Below, one piece after another: positions 41,613 to 52,268 of a stretch of DNA of 64,000 nucleotides; positions within the stretch are counted from its first letter, which is position 1; every line of letters begins with the position of its first letter. The stretch is from the IMG/VR virus record IMGVR_UViG_3300031994_000007; one strand, given 5' to 3'. Origin of the DNA: a virus. The notes under the pieces are model-generated. The model was not told where the DNA came from and did no database searches. It worked only from the letters and a program-made list of their open reading frames with translations. A program made the translations under genes and the position numbers.

Positions 41613-43226
41613 TCAATCAAAATTTCCTTCATTTTTAACTTCAATAGCACGAGCAACCCAAGCGGGCATATTTGCATAAGCATCATCTGTAGTGCTATCA
41701 AGATTATAGGTAGTAGTTTTAACTTCTTCTTCTTTCTTTTCAGAGTCATTTAAATCAAAACTTACTTTATTACGTACACAAATTACTGATAATTTAGCTT
41801 CAATTTCATCAAGGCTATATTTATCAATATTATCTACGCAATCTTTCTTTTGCTCACTATTAAGCATAAAGAAAGAATCAATTAATGCTTGTTTCTTTTC
41901 TTTATCAATACTATTCTTAAAATCACACAATTCTTTATTTTCATTAACTAATCGTGTAATAGTAGTATTTAATTCATTTACTTGAGCTTCAAGAGCAGTA
42001 TATTTATTTAATAACTCTTGATATTCAACTACTTCATCAAGACTATATTTAGTCTTGTTCTTTTTCTTTTCATCTTCTAATTCATCATTATTAGATTTTT
42101 TTTCATCGGCAGGGGTTTCTTCTTTTTTAGGGTCTTCTTTAGGAGACTATGAGTCTTCCTTCTTTTCAGGCTTTTTCTTCTCTTCAGTCTATTCTTCTTT
42201 AGATTTCTTTTCTTCTTCATCATTCTTTTTCTGTTTATATTCAATCTCAAAAGAATTTATATCTTCAAGAGTGAATTGAGAATTATCAAAAGAATCAGAA
42301 GAAAATTGAATAAGTTCGTCAGCAGGAATAAATTCTTCTGTGTCGGTTAAAGAGAAATTTAAACGAGAATAAGTAGAATCTTCACGATTTTGAAGAACTG
42401 CAAATTTTTGACCTTCAGTTTCCTCATAAACACCAACTAAACGATAAATTAATTCATCATTAGTTTTATAATTATTCCACATATAATCGTAAATTGCGTC
42501 CCAAAGACGACCACCAATTTCAACAGCATAAGTATTAAACACTGGTGTTCCTCCTTTATCATTACTCAAAATTTCTTTCATTGCCTCAATTAATGAGAAC
42601 AATCTTTGCTTAAAATTATCTTCAAAAGAAAATTGTACTTTAGAAATAGATGCTCCTTCAAAGCAGGGTTCAACATCTTCTCCTAAAACACAAAGCTTTG
42701 ACATAATTGCTTCATTAATAATGAAAAACTACGGCTTTCCATTATTATCTTTTGTCCAAAATGCATCTAAAGTATTATCATCTAATTCCATAGATTGATT
42801 ATTTCCATGTTCTATAATTCTTTGAGACTCTGGATATTGTCCAGTCCAAATATATCCCTCAGTTACTAAATATTCATGAGGTACTCCATCATCTTCAAAC
42901 CACTAAAACCAAACTTTAGCATCCATTGAAACAAAGCCATAAGGTCTAGTAGTATCTTTAATCTATATAGTCCCATTTGAAATTTCAATTGTTCTATTAT
43001 GTTCTTCAAAATCTTTTTTTTCAGAATTATAATAACCAACGATTGGGCAACCTGGAATAGAATTAGCGAATTCTTTAGCTACTTCTTTTGTAATTACACT
43101 TCTATTACGATTAGCCTATTGGCCTACATAGCATACTTTTATTTGACATTTTGAAATAAGAGGATTAACAGGTTTTATGTCTAATACTTCAATAGGCATA
43201 TCTACCATGTTTATACTAACATGCAT
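41613..43226 (-). CDS. putative capsid scaffolding protein (537 aa)
   Basis: RBS GAAAGGAGGA before ATG 43226. Acidic/Lys-rich coiled-coil C-terminal half. Position between portal and capsid genes. In-frame TAGs. TGA 41613. Confidence 0.45.
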
Positions 43227-43241
43227 GCTTGTCCTCCTTTC

Positions 43242-44873
43242 TTAGCTCATAGCTTCTTTATTTTTAATAGTTTTTTCAGATTTTTCATCATCTGGTTTTT
43301 CTGGTCTACCACCAGTACTTTTACTATCTGATATTTTTTGAGTTTTATTAGAATTATTTTGATTTTTTGTGCCCAAAATATCTTGTCCACTAACAGTATT
43401 ACTACTCAATGGAGGAATCATCAAGTTAGGCAAATCAAGTATTTCATTTTCAAAATATGCTAAATTAACAACTGAACTCTATGAATGACCAAGAGCAACC
43501 ATAGGTAAAAATTTAGACTAACCATTAGAAGTTAAATCTTTATACATTTTTGAAATATCTTTATAATTATACTAAGTGGTTTCAAGCATCACAAAAGTAA
43601 AATTAAACTTTTTATTACTACTTTTTTTATCTACTAATTTATTAAAAAATATATCAAACTATAAAATTAAATTGCGCATAGTAGATTCATCATCTAAAAT
43701 AGATTTTTCTAATGATAAATTGCCATCAGTATTAAATAAATTTCTTGAAATACCAAGAGCATCATATAAAGCTCTTTCAACTTTTGCTAAATCATCAGTT
43801 TTAGTAGTAGTATTCTTATCACTAATATCAATAGATTGTACATCAGCAAAAGTAGTTACTACATCAATACCGATAGCTTTACTTAACATAGCAACCATAG
43901 TATTATGTATATCTCTTGCTTCATCAACATCAAATATTAAATCACCATTTTTATCCATAGGTAATTTCTGTACTAAAATTTTTAAAAGCTGTTGCATCTA
44001 TTTCTTTCTATCTAATTCCTAAGCAGCATCTAAATCAATAATAGCAGGAATTGCATTAAAGAAAATAGGGAAATCACTTCCATTAATATTAAATTTAACA
44101 GTACTGCCTGGATCTAAAAGATACCAACCTTGGCGTCCTTGATAAGTCCCAGTATTATTATCTGTCCAATCTATTTCAGTATTTGTAAGTTTACCCTATT
44201 TATAGAGCATATATCCTTTTGCAAATTCTTCTGGGAACATTCTTATAACTTTTATTCTATAAGCTGGATCAACAAATTTATCATCAAAAAATGCCATATT
44301 AAATTCAATGACTGGAGCACCTTCAACATTGAATCTGGAACGACAATATTCTAATGGAAGTTCTTGCAATACAACGCCTTTTGCACTATTAATTATATAT
44401 CCATAATAACAACCATGTTTTACGACTTTAAGTGCTATATCGCCACAAATTTTTTTAATATAAGAATTATCTAAATATGATAAAATCTTTACATATTCTT
44501 CTAATACTTTATCAGTTTTAGCATTCTCTTTAACATTTTCTGGATAAATATACCAATCATATCTATAAAGAAATGCAAAATAATTACAAACTGTCTAATA
44601 AATACCACTAGCATTATAAAAAAAATCTGAAATAATTCTCATTTTTTTATAATCCTTCTTAATAATAGTTGCTAATATTTCTTTTTTATTACAAAAAGGT
44701 AATTTAGCTTCTTTTAATGTACCTAAATCTAATAAAGCATCTTCTAATACTTTTACTCCAACTTTTATTTTTCCATAATCAGTAATATTTTCATTATTAT
44801 CTCCTGTGGGAAAACCAAAATCAAATAAATCAAAGCCTTTATTATGGATAGCTTCTTGTCTTTCAATATCCAA
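43242..44873 (-). CDS. putative portal protein (543 aa, TTG start)
   Basis: GGAGGA 8 nt before TTG 44873. Fragments 44595 and 43242 in the same frame. Size and position (downstream of the large terminase) typical of a portal. TAA 43242. Confidence 0.5.
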
Positions 44874-44887
44874 AATACTATCCTCCT

Positions 44888-45244
44888 TTAATAGCCAGCT
44901 TTATGCATTATATAATCATAAGTAATTAAATTTTCTTCAGTATAAGGAATTTCAATTAATTTTAAATCATGTAATGCACAAAATCTACGCTTCTTATTAT
45001 CATTATATTTTTGCTAATAAAATCCTTTTTTCCCACCAAATTTCGCAGTAGGTTCATAATGCTATTTTCCTTGATATTCAATAATAAAATCAATTTTTCC
45101 ATCATCATCAAATATTACGAAATCAAATCTAAGTGGACGGCCATTATCACTTCGGAGTTCTGGAAAAATATATTCTTCTTCAAAAGTTAATCCAGCTTCA
45201 TCTAAAATTTCTTCAATCTTTATTTCACCTCTACTAGATCGCAT
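44888..45244 (-). CDS. small PD-(D/E)XK-nuclease-like protein (118 aa)
   Basis: Motif 'RFDFVIFDDDGKIDFIIEYQGKQH' resembles the Vsr/DUF559-type restriction-endonuclease fold. One in-frame TAG at 45062. Inserted between terminase and portal. Confidence 0.35.
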
Positions 45245-45258
45245 TTTCCTTTCCCCCT

Positions 45259-47016
45259 TTAACTTATAAACATCATATCAGTAACTTTAAATTTTTTCTT
45301 TTTCTTTTTACTATCTTCTTCAATTTTTATATAATATAAACCATATTCTGCCGCAGAAAATTTATCTTTCTTAATTCCTTTATTAGCCTATTTTAAAATA
45401 ATATTAACCCCTTCATTCTCTTCTCTAAGATTCATCATTTCCTCTTTAAGAATGGAAGTTAAAGTAAATGGTTTTAAATATTCTGCCCTCTTTTCAGGAG
45501 TCATTTTCTATCCAGCTTTTGTATTTAATAATTTAGCTTTAGCTACTCTTTCATCAATTAATAATTTAATTTTTCCAGCATTTAACATTGTCTAAAAATT
45601 AGCATGAGCTTCAGTATTTTCTGGAGCGTGAGCTTTCATTAAATACATAGCTTCTTCTTCTGTCTCATTAGTATGAAATTTTTTATATTCATCAATAGCG
45701 TCAGCCTAAGTTCCCCCATAAACTCCGAAGTCGGGAAAATCTTCTTGCGTTTCATTATCATGCTATGGTTTAACCATATAATCAACAAGACCCATACCAA
45801 TACCATTAGCATCAATAACAATTCTACGAGCTTTATATTTATAATAAAGTCTTTTAACTTTAATAGCCTAATCCTCCATATGGGTATCTGCCATTGTATA
45901 AATATTTACTAATGATTTAATTGATGGCCCCATTGACTATGGAGTTACTTTCCAAACACAAACAACACTATCACATCCTTTTCTACCAACGTCCATAGAA
46001 AGGATATAATAACTTTTTGTTGACGAACGACCAGATGATTCATATTCTGGTTGATTTAATATTCTATGTTTATCAAAAGTTTCTCCATTAAAGAAAGCAT
46101 TTTCTGCTGTACCGCTCCATTTACTTTCATATTCACGATCAAATGAAGCTTCATTATAAGTACCATCTCGTTGTAAATCTTGTAGAAATGTTCTATCTAA
46201 TAATTTCATTAATACTGGTATTCGCCAAGTACCACCCATAATAAATGCTTTTTCTGGTTCAGTTATCATCCAAACTAATAACTAAATTAATTTATCATAG
46301 GCAAAAGTCCCTTTCCAACCAGCAGTAGTAACATATATCTAACTTTTATTTAATGTTTCTTCTGGATATGACTATCCATCCATTGCCAATCTTGAAACGT
46401 TCATTGTAGGAATAATAACTTCTGAAAGAATTTGTCCATCAACACCAACACATTCTTCTATTAATCCGCCATGACGACGTTTACCACGAGACTTTTCTGT
46501 AGCGGCAATATTATCAAAATATGAACCATTTTTAAACATAAAAATACAATAATCTTTACTTATTCGTGTTTTACCAGGCCGATGATCTAATTCTTTATCT
46601 AAAGCTGGAATTAATCTACAAAGTTCATCTACTTTTTCTTTAATAATACCAGCAGCCTATTCTTTACCACCAGAAGTAACAAATAATTTTGCTCTTGGAT
46701 AAAGAATACAACGAATCATTAAAACTAACACAGAAAGAAATGATTTTGAATATGCACGTGGGAATACCATATAAACATATTTATACCGCATAGCCGCACG
46801 TAAAAATACTCTTTGATAAAAGAAAAAATGTAATCCATCATCTGGAATTTTACCATCTAATCCAGTCTATAAAAAATCAACAAACATATCAGGATATTCA
46901 CGCCAATAACTTACATACTATCTAATGTAAGGTTTTAATGGTGTAATACGCTCTTCTGATATACCAATTTTTCTAGTACTAGATGATGATAAATTTAGTA
47001 AATCTTGTAATGCCAT
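45259..47016 (-). CDS. terL: terminase large subunit (586 codons)
   Basis: Walker-A-like 'PRAYSKSFLS', nuclease-domain-like 'IVIDANGIGMGLVDYM'. Start and stop in frame with fragment 45937..46269. About 14 in-frame TAG. TAA 45259. Confidence 0.7.
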
Positions 47017-47017
47017 T

Positions 47018-48244
47018 TTAGATTAAAATTTCATCATTGTCAAGTAATGATGCTATATATTCTTCATCATCAATAGCTTCATCATCAACAAGTTCTTTCA
47101 ATTGCTAAAAGTCTTCGTCATTTAAGAAGGCTTTTTCATCTTCATCAAAGAGTTCGGCTTCAAATGCATCATCATCGCCAGCAGCATCAGCATCACGCAT
47201 TGCTTCTTTTTCTTTATCTAATTGAATTTGTTTGACAGCACCTTCAATTAAATTACCAAGATTCATTTCTTCTGTTATTAATGTTCTAGTATATTTCTAT
47301 AAATCCTATAAAGTTCTATCTACTTTATCTTGAGGGCCATCTGTATAATAGCGAGGGAAGAAGCCATCTCGTTCACACATGGCAATTAATTCACTGATAG
47401 AATCAACCGCATTGCCACTATCAGTTTTATTTTGAGCCGCAGTAAATTTACCACTTTTCATTAACATATCATACATTTTACTAGCCTTCTGGGCGCCATC
47501 AATATCGCCCATATCTAATAGCTAATTCGTTTTTAAAGATGTTTTACAAATCATTTTTAATGTATCAATATGTCCAGCAGATTGGATATCATAAGACTCC
47601 ATCATATCATTATAAAGTTTTTCTAAATAAATCCATTCGTCTGGTTTATAAGTTTTACCCCATTTTATTTTAAGTGCTAATTTTTCTTCATCGGTCAATG
47701 AATCAACTATTACATCATCATCTGATTCATTTGGCTCGGTTATCTCAAAATCCTAATATACTGGTGGGGGAGATGGAGCATTAAAATTTTCTTCCTCATC
47801 TTTATTGATTAAACCAGCTTCTGCTACTGCTTTATCAATTTCTTGAATATCATATCCTTGGCGCTTCATAGCTTCTTCAATTTTATGAGCGGCTAATTCT
47901 TGAAGATAAGCAGTATCTTTCCATCGATATTGCTTAAACTATTTAAGTTTCATTTTAGAAATATAGCGGCCCATAATTGTAGTTCCTGTCACAGACGCTT
48001 TATCTCTACCATATGAAAGTAATAATTTATTCCATTCTTCTGGAACATATGGAACATCACATTCTTGCAATATCCATAAAAATGTATCCGGATTCCAATT
48101 ATCTACATGCATAGTAATACAATCTTTACACATATTAAGTCGGCCTGCCGGATATTTAATTAAATCATTTGAAGTATAAAAATTATCTTCATTTTTTGTT
48201 CTTTTGCACTTTTCACAAAAGCGCTATTCTTTTGATCTTGGCAT
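47018..48244 (-). CDS. zinc-ribbon protein with acidic C-terminus (409 codons); possible small-terminase/packaging or late regulator
   Basis: RBS AAGGAGG before ATG 48244. N-term 'CEKCKRT...FYTSNDLIKYPAGRLNMCKDC'. Stop is 1 nt before the terL ATG. Paralogous to the 48321 and 48702 genes. Confidence 0.45.
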
Positions 48245-48320
48245 AACTCAGCCTCCTTTTATATTCATCACAAAAGGCTGGAATTAACTAACAACTTTTG
48301 CCCTAAAAAATTTTTTTTAT

Positions 48321-48626
48321 TTATTTTTCATTAAAATAAATACTATCTTCAAAATGAAATCCAATAAATCCTTTTAATTGCATTTTACTTACATATCTTC
48401 CAATATTAATAGTATTTGGGTGGTATTCATTTAATTTATTCCATTCTTCTTGTATAAATGGAATATCTAGTTCTTTACAAATTTCTAATATATTATCTTT
48501 AAAATTATTTTTTATACATTCTTTACAATAATGGCTACTTCTAATTAAATGTTTACCTTCAGTATAATGTAAATAAAAATCTTTTAAATCTTTATATGTA
48601 TTACATAATTTACAATATTTTTCCAT
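48321..48626 (-). CDS. zinc-ribbon protein (101 aa), paralog of N-terminal domain of 47018..48244
   Basis: Uninterrupted ORF. 'CKLC...FYLHYTEGKHLIRSSHYCKEC' plus a shared 'EEWNKL...GRY(I/V)SKM(K/Q)LK' motif. Confidence 0.45.
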   Translation of the reverse strand: MEKYCKLCNTYKDLKDFYLHYTEGKHLIRSSHYCKECIKNNFKDNILEICKELDIPFIQEEWNKLNEYHPNTINIGRYVSKMQLKGFIGFHFEDSIYFNEK

Positions 48627-48701
48627 AAAAAAACCTCTAATTAAAATTTTTCTTTTAATTCACTTAATAACTTTTGCCCAAGCGCATCTTTATTCCTAGC
48701 C

Positions 48702-49760
48702 TCATTTTTTCTTATTTCGGCAGCATTTACAGATGGAATAAAAGCCATCCTTACTGGTTTTATTTTTACTAAAATATTTGTTATGCGCCAATTTAACTTG
48801 ACCGCATCTACTGCATCGTTTAAATTTTCCGGGTTTTACTTGGGTATAATACCAATTTAAATATTCATCCTCAGCAGCGGATGCTATTAATGTTGGAATT
48901 TTACGACGCCATAAACTGGAAATATATTCAACGCTATGTTTTATACCGAATTCTTGTTGGAGAGCTATTTGAATATCTATATTTTGCATTCCATCAATTT
49001 TATATTCAACAAGTCGTTTATACAATGGATAAGCTTCTAATGCTTTGTCGCATATCTATTCAAAATCATAAATTAAATACCACATATCATTTTCAAAATA
49101 ACCCCAGCTATCTTCTTTTAGTTTTGAATAATTACATAAAATACCAGAACAAACAGCTGGGTCTATTAAAGTAATTCCTTTAGAAATTAAATTATCATCA
49201 TTATCAATTTCTATATCTCCTTCTAATGGAATAACATTTTTTGAATGAGTAATTTTTGTAAGAGTAATTGGTCTACGATATGCATTTTTAATTATATATT
49301 GATCTTTACGCAGTTCAATTAAAGTAGATTTAATAATATAAGCCTATCTACCTTCTGCTGTTTTTAATTTAGTTTCCCAAATATTTATGGCTTCTTTTAA
49401 TTGTTGTAAAGGTTGTATTTCTTCTATATCTTTTTTTGTTATTGTTATTTTTGGCTAAAATATAATATTTTTATTTTCTGTTATTAAATTATAAATTCCG
49501 TCTTCGCCATTTTCAAATTGGGACACAAGCCCTTCAAAAGAGGTTTCTCGTTTATTTACAGTAGTCATACGGTTGTCAGTTAAAATTTTTCGTTCTTTAC
49601 GCTCTTGTTTCTCCATACATAAAATGAGATAATCAGCCATAATTTCTAAGTATTTTTCTCCTGGGTCTGGATTTTCTTGTAAAATTTGTTTGATTAATTC
49701 ATTTCTATCTTCTGGGTTGTCAAGCGTATAGTCTAATTTAATCAAATTATCAACCTCCAC
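48702..49760 (-). CDS. hypothetical protein with C-terminal zinc ribbon (352 aa, GTG start, 3 in-frame TAG)
   Basis: First gene of the minus-strand late operon. C-term 'CSRCGQVKLAHNKYFSKNKTSKDGFYSICKCC'. TGA 48702. Confidence 0.4.
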
Positions 49761-49781
49761 TTAACGATTTCTCTATCATAG

Positions 49782-49811
49782 ATTATACTAAAAAATTTTT
49801 TGTTTGACAAA
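49782..49811 (-). promoter_or_regulatory. minus-strand promoter for late operon (TTGTCA-18-TATAAT)
   Basis: Its -35 overlaps the -35 of the divergent plus-strand promoter within the palindromic TTTGTTTGACAAATTT. Confidence 0.45.
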
Positions 49812-49832
49812 TTTTTAAAAAAATTATATAAT
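49804..49832 (+). promoter_or_regulatory. plus-strand consensus promoter TTGACA-17-TATAAT for the abrB-like/DUF488 unit
   Basis: Perfect hexamers with a 17-nt spacer. Confidence 0.6.
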
Positions 49833-49871
49833 ATTATTAGAAAAAATATATAAAAAAGAGGTTAAAAAAAA

Positions 49872-50126
49872 ATGAAGTTGATAAAAGAAAATACTACTCG
49901 TAAAGTTGATACTCTCGGCAGAGTTAGTATTCCGAAAGGAATGCGAGATAGACTTGATATTAAAGATGGCGAAGAAATGGATTTTTATTTATTGGAAGAT
50001 GATTGCGGAAATCAATATGTTGCATTAACAAAACAAATTGAAGATAATAATAAATATATTGTTGCCGCAAATGTTTTAAAAGAACTTAATTTAGAAGTAC
50101 CAGAAAAACTAGAGGAATTAATTTGA
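49872..50126 (+). CDS. AbrB/MazE/SpoVT-family transcriptional regulator (84 aa)
   Basis: 'RKVDTLGRVSIPKGMRDRLDI' is a SpoVT-AbrB swapped-hairpin motif. RBS AAGAGG. TGA overlaps the next TTG start. Confidence 0.7.
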   Translation: MKLIKENTTRKVDTLGRVSIPKGMRDRLDIKDGEEMDFYLLEDDCGNQYVALTKQIEDNNKYIVAANVLKELNLEVPEKLEELI

Positions 50127-50467
50127 TTTATACTAGTTATTTTAGTAATTATAAAAATTTTCCTCAAAATTTTATTCCTATTGGAATAACTCGTTATCCT
50201 CCTAAAAATTGGAAAGGAATTAATTTAGATATATTAGCGCCAAGTGAAAAATTATTAAAAATGTACAAGAATAAAGAAATAGATGAATATATTTTTAAAA
50301 AAAGATATTTTAAAGAATTATCTGATAAAAATTTAACGCCGGCAAACGTGCGACAATAGCTTGAAAAATTTGGGAATATTATTCTATGTTGTTATGAAAA
50401 ATCAGATGATTTTTGTCATCGACATCTTTTGGTTGAATGGCTTGGCGAAGGATAGGAGTTACCGTAA
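50123..50467 (+). CDS. DUF488-family protein requiring TAG read-through (114 codons if both TAGs sense)
   Basis: N-term MIYT... and C-terminal 'LCCYEKSDDFCHRHLLVEWL' DUF488 signature. The signature lies downstream of the in-frame TAG at 50357. Second TAG at 50453, then TAA 50465. Confidence 0.6.
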
Positions 50468-50647
50468 AATCGAAATGAAAAATCATTTAGAAATTTTTTA
50501 GGTCAGACCAAATGATTTTGTGTATAAAAAAATTTTTTTATCCTGAAACTATACGCCCCCCATTTTATTCTCAGTAAATATCTACAAAAAGTATTGGATA
50601 TTTTTCTGAAAAAATTTTAATAGTAATGAATGAACACCCCTTATTTG

Positions 50648-50690
50648 CTCGCCCCGCTGACAGCCAAAGCGGGGCGAGTTTCGCATTGTT
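50648..50690 (+). terminator. GC-rich intrinsic terminator at the AT-rich/GC-richer boundary
   Basis: CTCGCCCCGCT-GACAGCCAA-AGCGGGGCGAG followed by TTTCGCATTGTTT. Confidence 0.55.
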
Positions 50691-50699
50691 TCCAGTTCG

Positions 50700-50885
50700 T
50701 AAATTTTTACGCCAAAATGTTACAAAAATGTAACAGACCGTTACATCCTGTAACCAAGAGGACTAAACATACATTTAATTAACTTTTATTACAAAATAGT
50801 TACAATAAATAACTCTATTGTAACCAAGAGTATCAAACACATGTTTAGTTATTTTAATTTACAAAATAGTAACAAATTAATTAAA
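50700..50885. repeat. iteron/operator-like region: GTTAC-N4-6-GTAAC inverted repeats and two ~68-bp direct repeats (GTAACCAAGAG...)
   Basis: gttacaaaaatgtaac and gttacatcctgtaac. Two units both begin gtaaccaagag and end ttacaaaatagt(t/a)aca. A third ccaagagag copy at about 50990. Confidence 0.5.
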
Positions 50886-51215
50886 AAAATGACAAATTAA
50901 AAAAATAAATTCTTTAATACACTAAATCGTAAAAAAGCCAGTCAAATACTAAATTAACATTATTCTTTAACACATTAAAGTAATAAAAAACCAAGAGAGA
51001 TAATAGTAACAATGTATCATCAAATAATTGCGCAATAGGCGAGATAGATAAAGAAGCTTCACAAAGCAAGGCAGAGACATTCGTCAAGCCTATACGTTAG
51101 CATAACACAACAAGACTATGAATAAACAATAAGACAAAAGAGTAGATAAACAACAAACTAAATACGATAGTAATAGTAATACATTAATTATTATAATAAT
51201 TACAAAAGAAAAACA

Positions 51216-51244
51216 TTGACAAACAGCACCACTTGTGGTATAAT
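51216..51244 (+). promoter_or_regulatory. consensus promoter with the -10 region flanked by a 9-bp inverted repeat (GCACCACTT/AAGTGGTGC); drives a short non-coding leader
   Basis: TTGACA-17-TATAAT. No RBS or ORF before the next promoter. Downstream small hairpins and a T-run (51250-51300). Confidence 0.5.
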
Positions 51245-51318
51245 AGAAGTGGTGCCTTGCGATAAGGTAAGCGGCGACCTTTGTTAAAAAAATAACAATC
51301 TTTTTTATAAAAAAACTC

Positions 51319-51347
51319 TTGACATTTGCCCGGGCTTGTGATATTAT
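51319..51347 (+). promoter_or_regulatory. class A promoter (TTGACA-17-TATTAT, GCCCGGGC box in spacer)
   Basis: Sequence consensus. Confidence 0.6.
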
Positions 51348-51396
51348 AATACCAGAAAGAGAGAGATAAATAAATTAAAAGAAAGAGGTAAACAAA

Positions 51397-51624
51397 ATGA
51401 AAGAGATTAAGTACGCAATTCACAATAACAAGAATGAGGTTGTTGATTGGGCTAACACCGAAGCAGAAGCAGAAGCACTTGTCAAGAAAGCCGCTAAAAG
51501 AGGCTGGAAACGCACCATTCACAAAATCGAATGGACGATCAATGAAAACCCTGAAATCTGGGAACTCGAAGGTGGCAAGGAAGATCCCACCAAGGTGGAA
51601 TGGGGCAATAATGAAGAGTGGTAA
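51397..51624 (+). CDS. hypothetical early protein (75 aa)
   Basis: RBS AGAGG. TAA stop embedded in terminator hairpin GAAGAGTGG-TAAAAA-CCACTCTTC+T7. Confidence 0.65.
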   Translation: MKEIKYAIHNNKNEVVDWANTEAEAEALVKKAAKRGWKRTIHKIEWTINENPEIWELEGGKEDPTKVEWGNNEEW

Positions 51625-51655
51625 AAACCACTCTTCTTTTTTTATAAAAAAACTC

Positions 51656-51684
51656 TTGACAGATTGGCACATCCATGTTATAAT
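51656..51684 (+). promoter_or_regulatory. promoter TTGACA-17-TATAAT driving structured RNA copy 1
   Basis: Sequence consensus. Confidence 0.6.
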
Positions 51685-51690
51685 ACAATC

Positions 51691-51738
51691 ACAGGTTGAG
51701 GGAAACCACACGCGGGTAGTCGAGGGGAGAGACTAACT
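51691..51738 (+). ncRNA. repeated structured RNA element, copy 1
   Basis: ACAGGTTGAGGGAAACCACACGCGGGTAGTCGAGGGGAGAGACTAACT. Covarying helices across the 7 copies. Confidence 0.45.
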
Positions 51739-51781
51739 AAATAGTAACAAAAGAAAAACAAAAAGTTTCTAAAAATAGTTG

Positions 51782-51810
51782 TTGACAAATAACATCCTTT
51801 GTGCTATACT
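51782..51810 (+). promoter_or_regulatory. promoter TTGACA-17-TATACT
   Basis: Sequence consensus. Confidence 0.55.
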
Positions 51811-51846
51811 ATAATCACAAAGGGAAGAGAAAAGGAGATAACAAAG

Positions 51847-52155
51847 ATGATTAACATTAGAACTATCAACAAACTCACTGAGAATGATGGACTTACTCTT
51901 AAAAATGGTAAGCTTATCACTTACAAAAGCGGTTGGCAGGTTGCCACCGAGGGCGTAGAGTGCCACACCGCACGGGAAGCCATTAACGCGGTTAAGGCTT
52001 ACGGCGGTAACTGTGGGGTGTGGTTCGCTGGTGGTATCTACTACATCGACAAAAGCCACAGAGTCAATACCAAGCGCGAGGCGCTTGAAATTGGCAAAGC
52101 TCATAATCAAATCTCTGTTCTGGGCTGGCGTAAAATGGTTTTAGCGTACTGCTAA
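51847..52155 (+). CDS. hypothetical early protein (102 aa)
   Basis: RBS AAAGGAGATAACAAAG-ATG. 14-bp-stem terminator (AAAATGGTTTTAGC/GCTAAAACCATTTT) overlapping the stop. Confidence 0.65.
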   Translation: MINIRTINKLTENDGLTLKNGKLITYKSGWQVATEGVECHTAREAINAVKAYGGNCGVWFAGGIYYIDKSHRVNTKREALEIGKAHNQISVLGWRKMVLAYC

Positions 52156-52183
52156 AACCATTTTATTTTTTATAAAAAAATAC

Positions 52184-52212
52184 TTGACAAGTCAATCTAT
52201 CTATGCTATAAT
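52184..52212 (+). promoter_or_regulatory. promoter TTGACA-17-TATAAT driving structured RNA copy 2
   Basis: Sequence consensus. Confidence 0.6.
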
Positions 52213-52218
52213 ACAATC

Positions 52219-52268
52219 ACAGGTTGAGGGAAACCGCACTCGGGCAGGAGAGGGGAAGGACTGACTTA
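52219..52268 (+). ncRNA. repeated structured RNA element, copy 2
   Basis: ACAGGTTGAGGGAAACCGCACTCGGGCAGGAGAGGGGAAGGACTGACTT. Confidence 0.45.

Noticed and set aside
1158-45912. Numerous plus-strand ORFs of 60-150 aa inside the AT-rich block (for example 1158..1409, 14335..14643, 29367..29717, 34647..35033, 39798..40130, 43576..44022).
   Set aside because: They lie antisense to long, motif-bearing minus-strand genes, are low-complexity (Ile/Leu/Phe/Asn-rich, as expected from AT-rich antisense) and lack an RBS.
1-50400. Possibility that the AT-rich block is a pseudogenised or degraded prophage rather than recoded.
   Set aside because: Interruptions are exclusively TAG, never TAA or TGA within frames. 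Frames are maintained over up to 9 kb and conserved motifs continue across TAGs. Random decay would give mixed stops and frameshifts.
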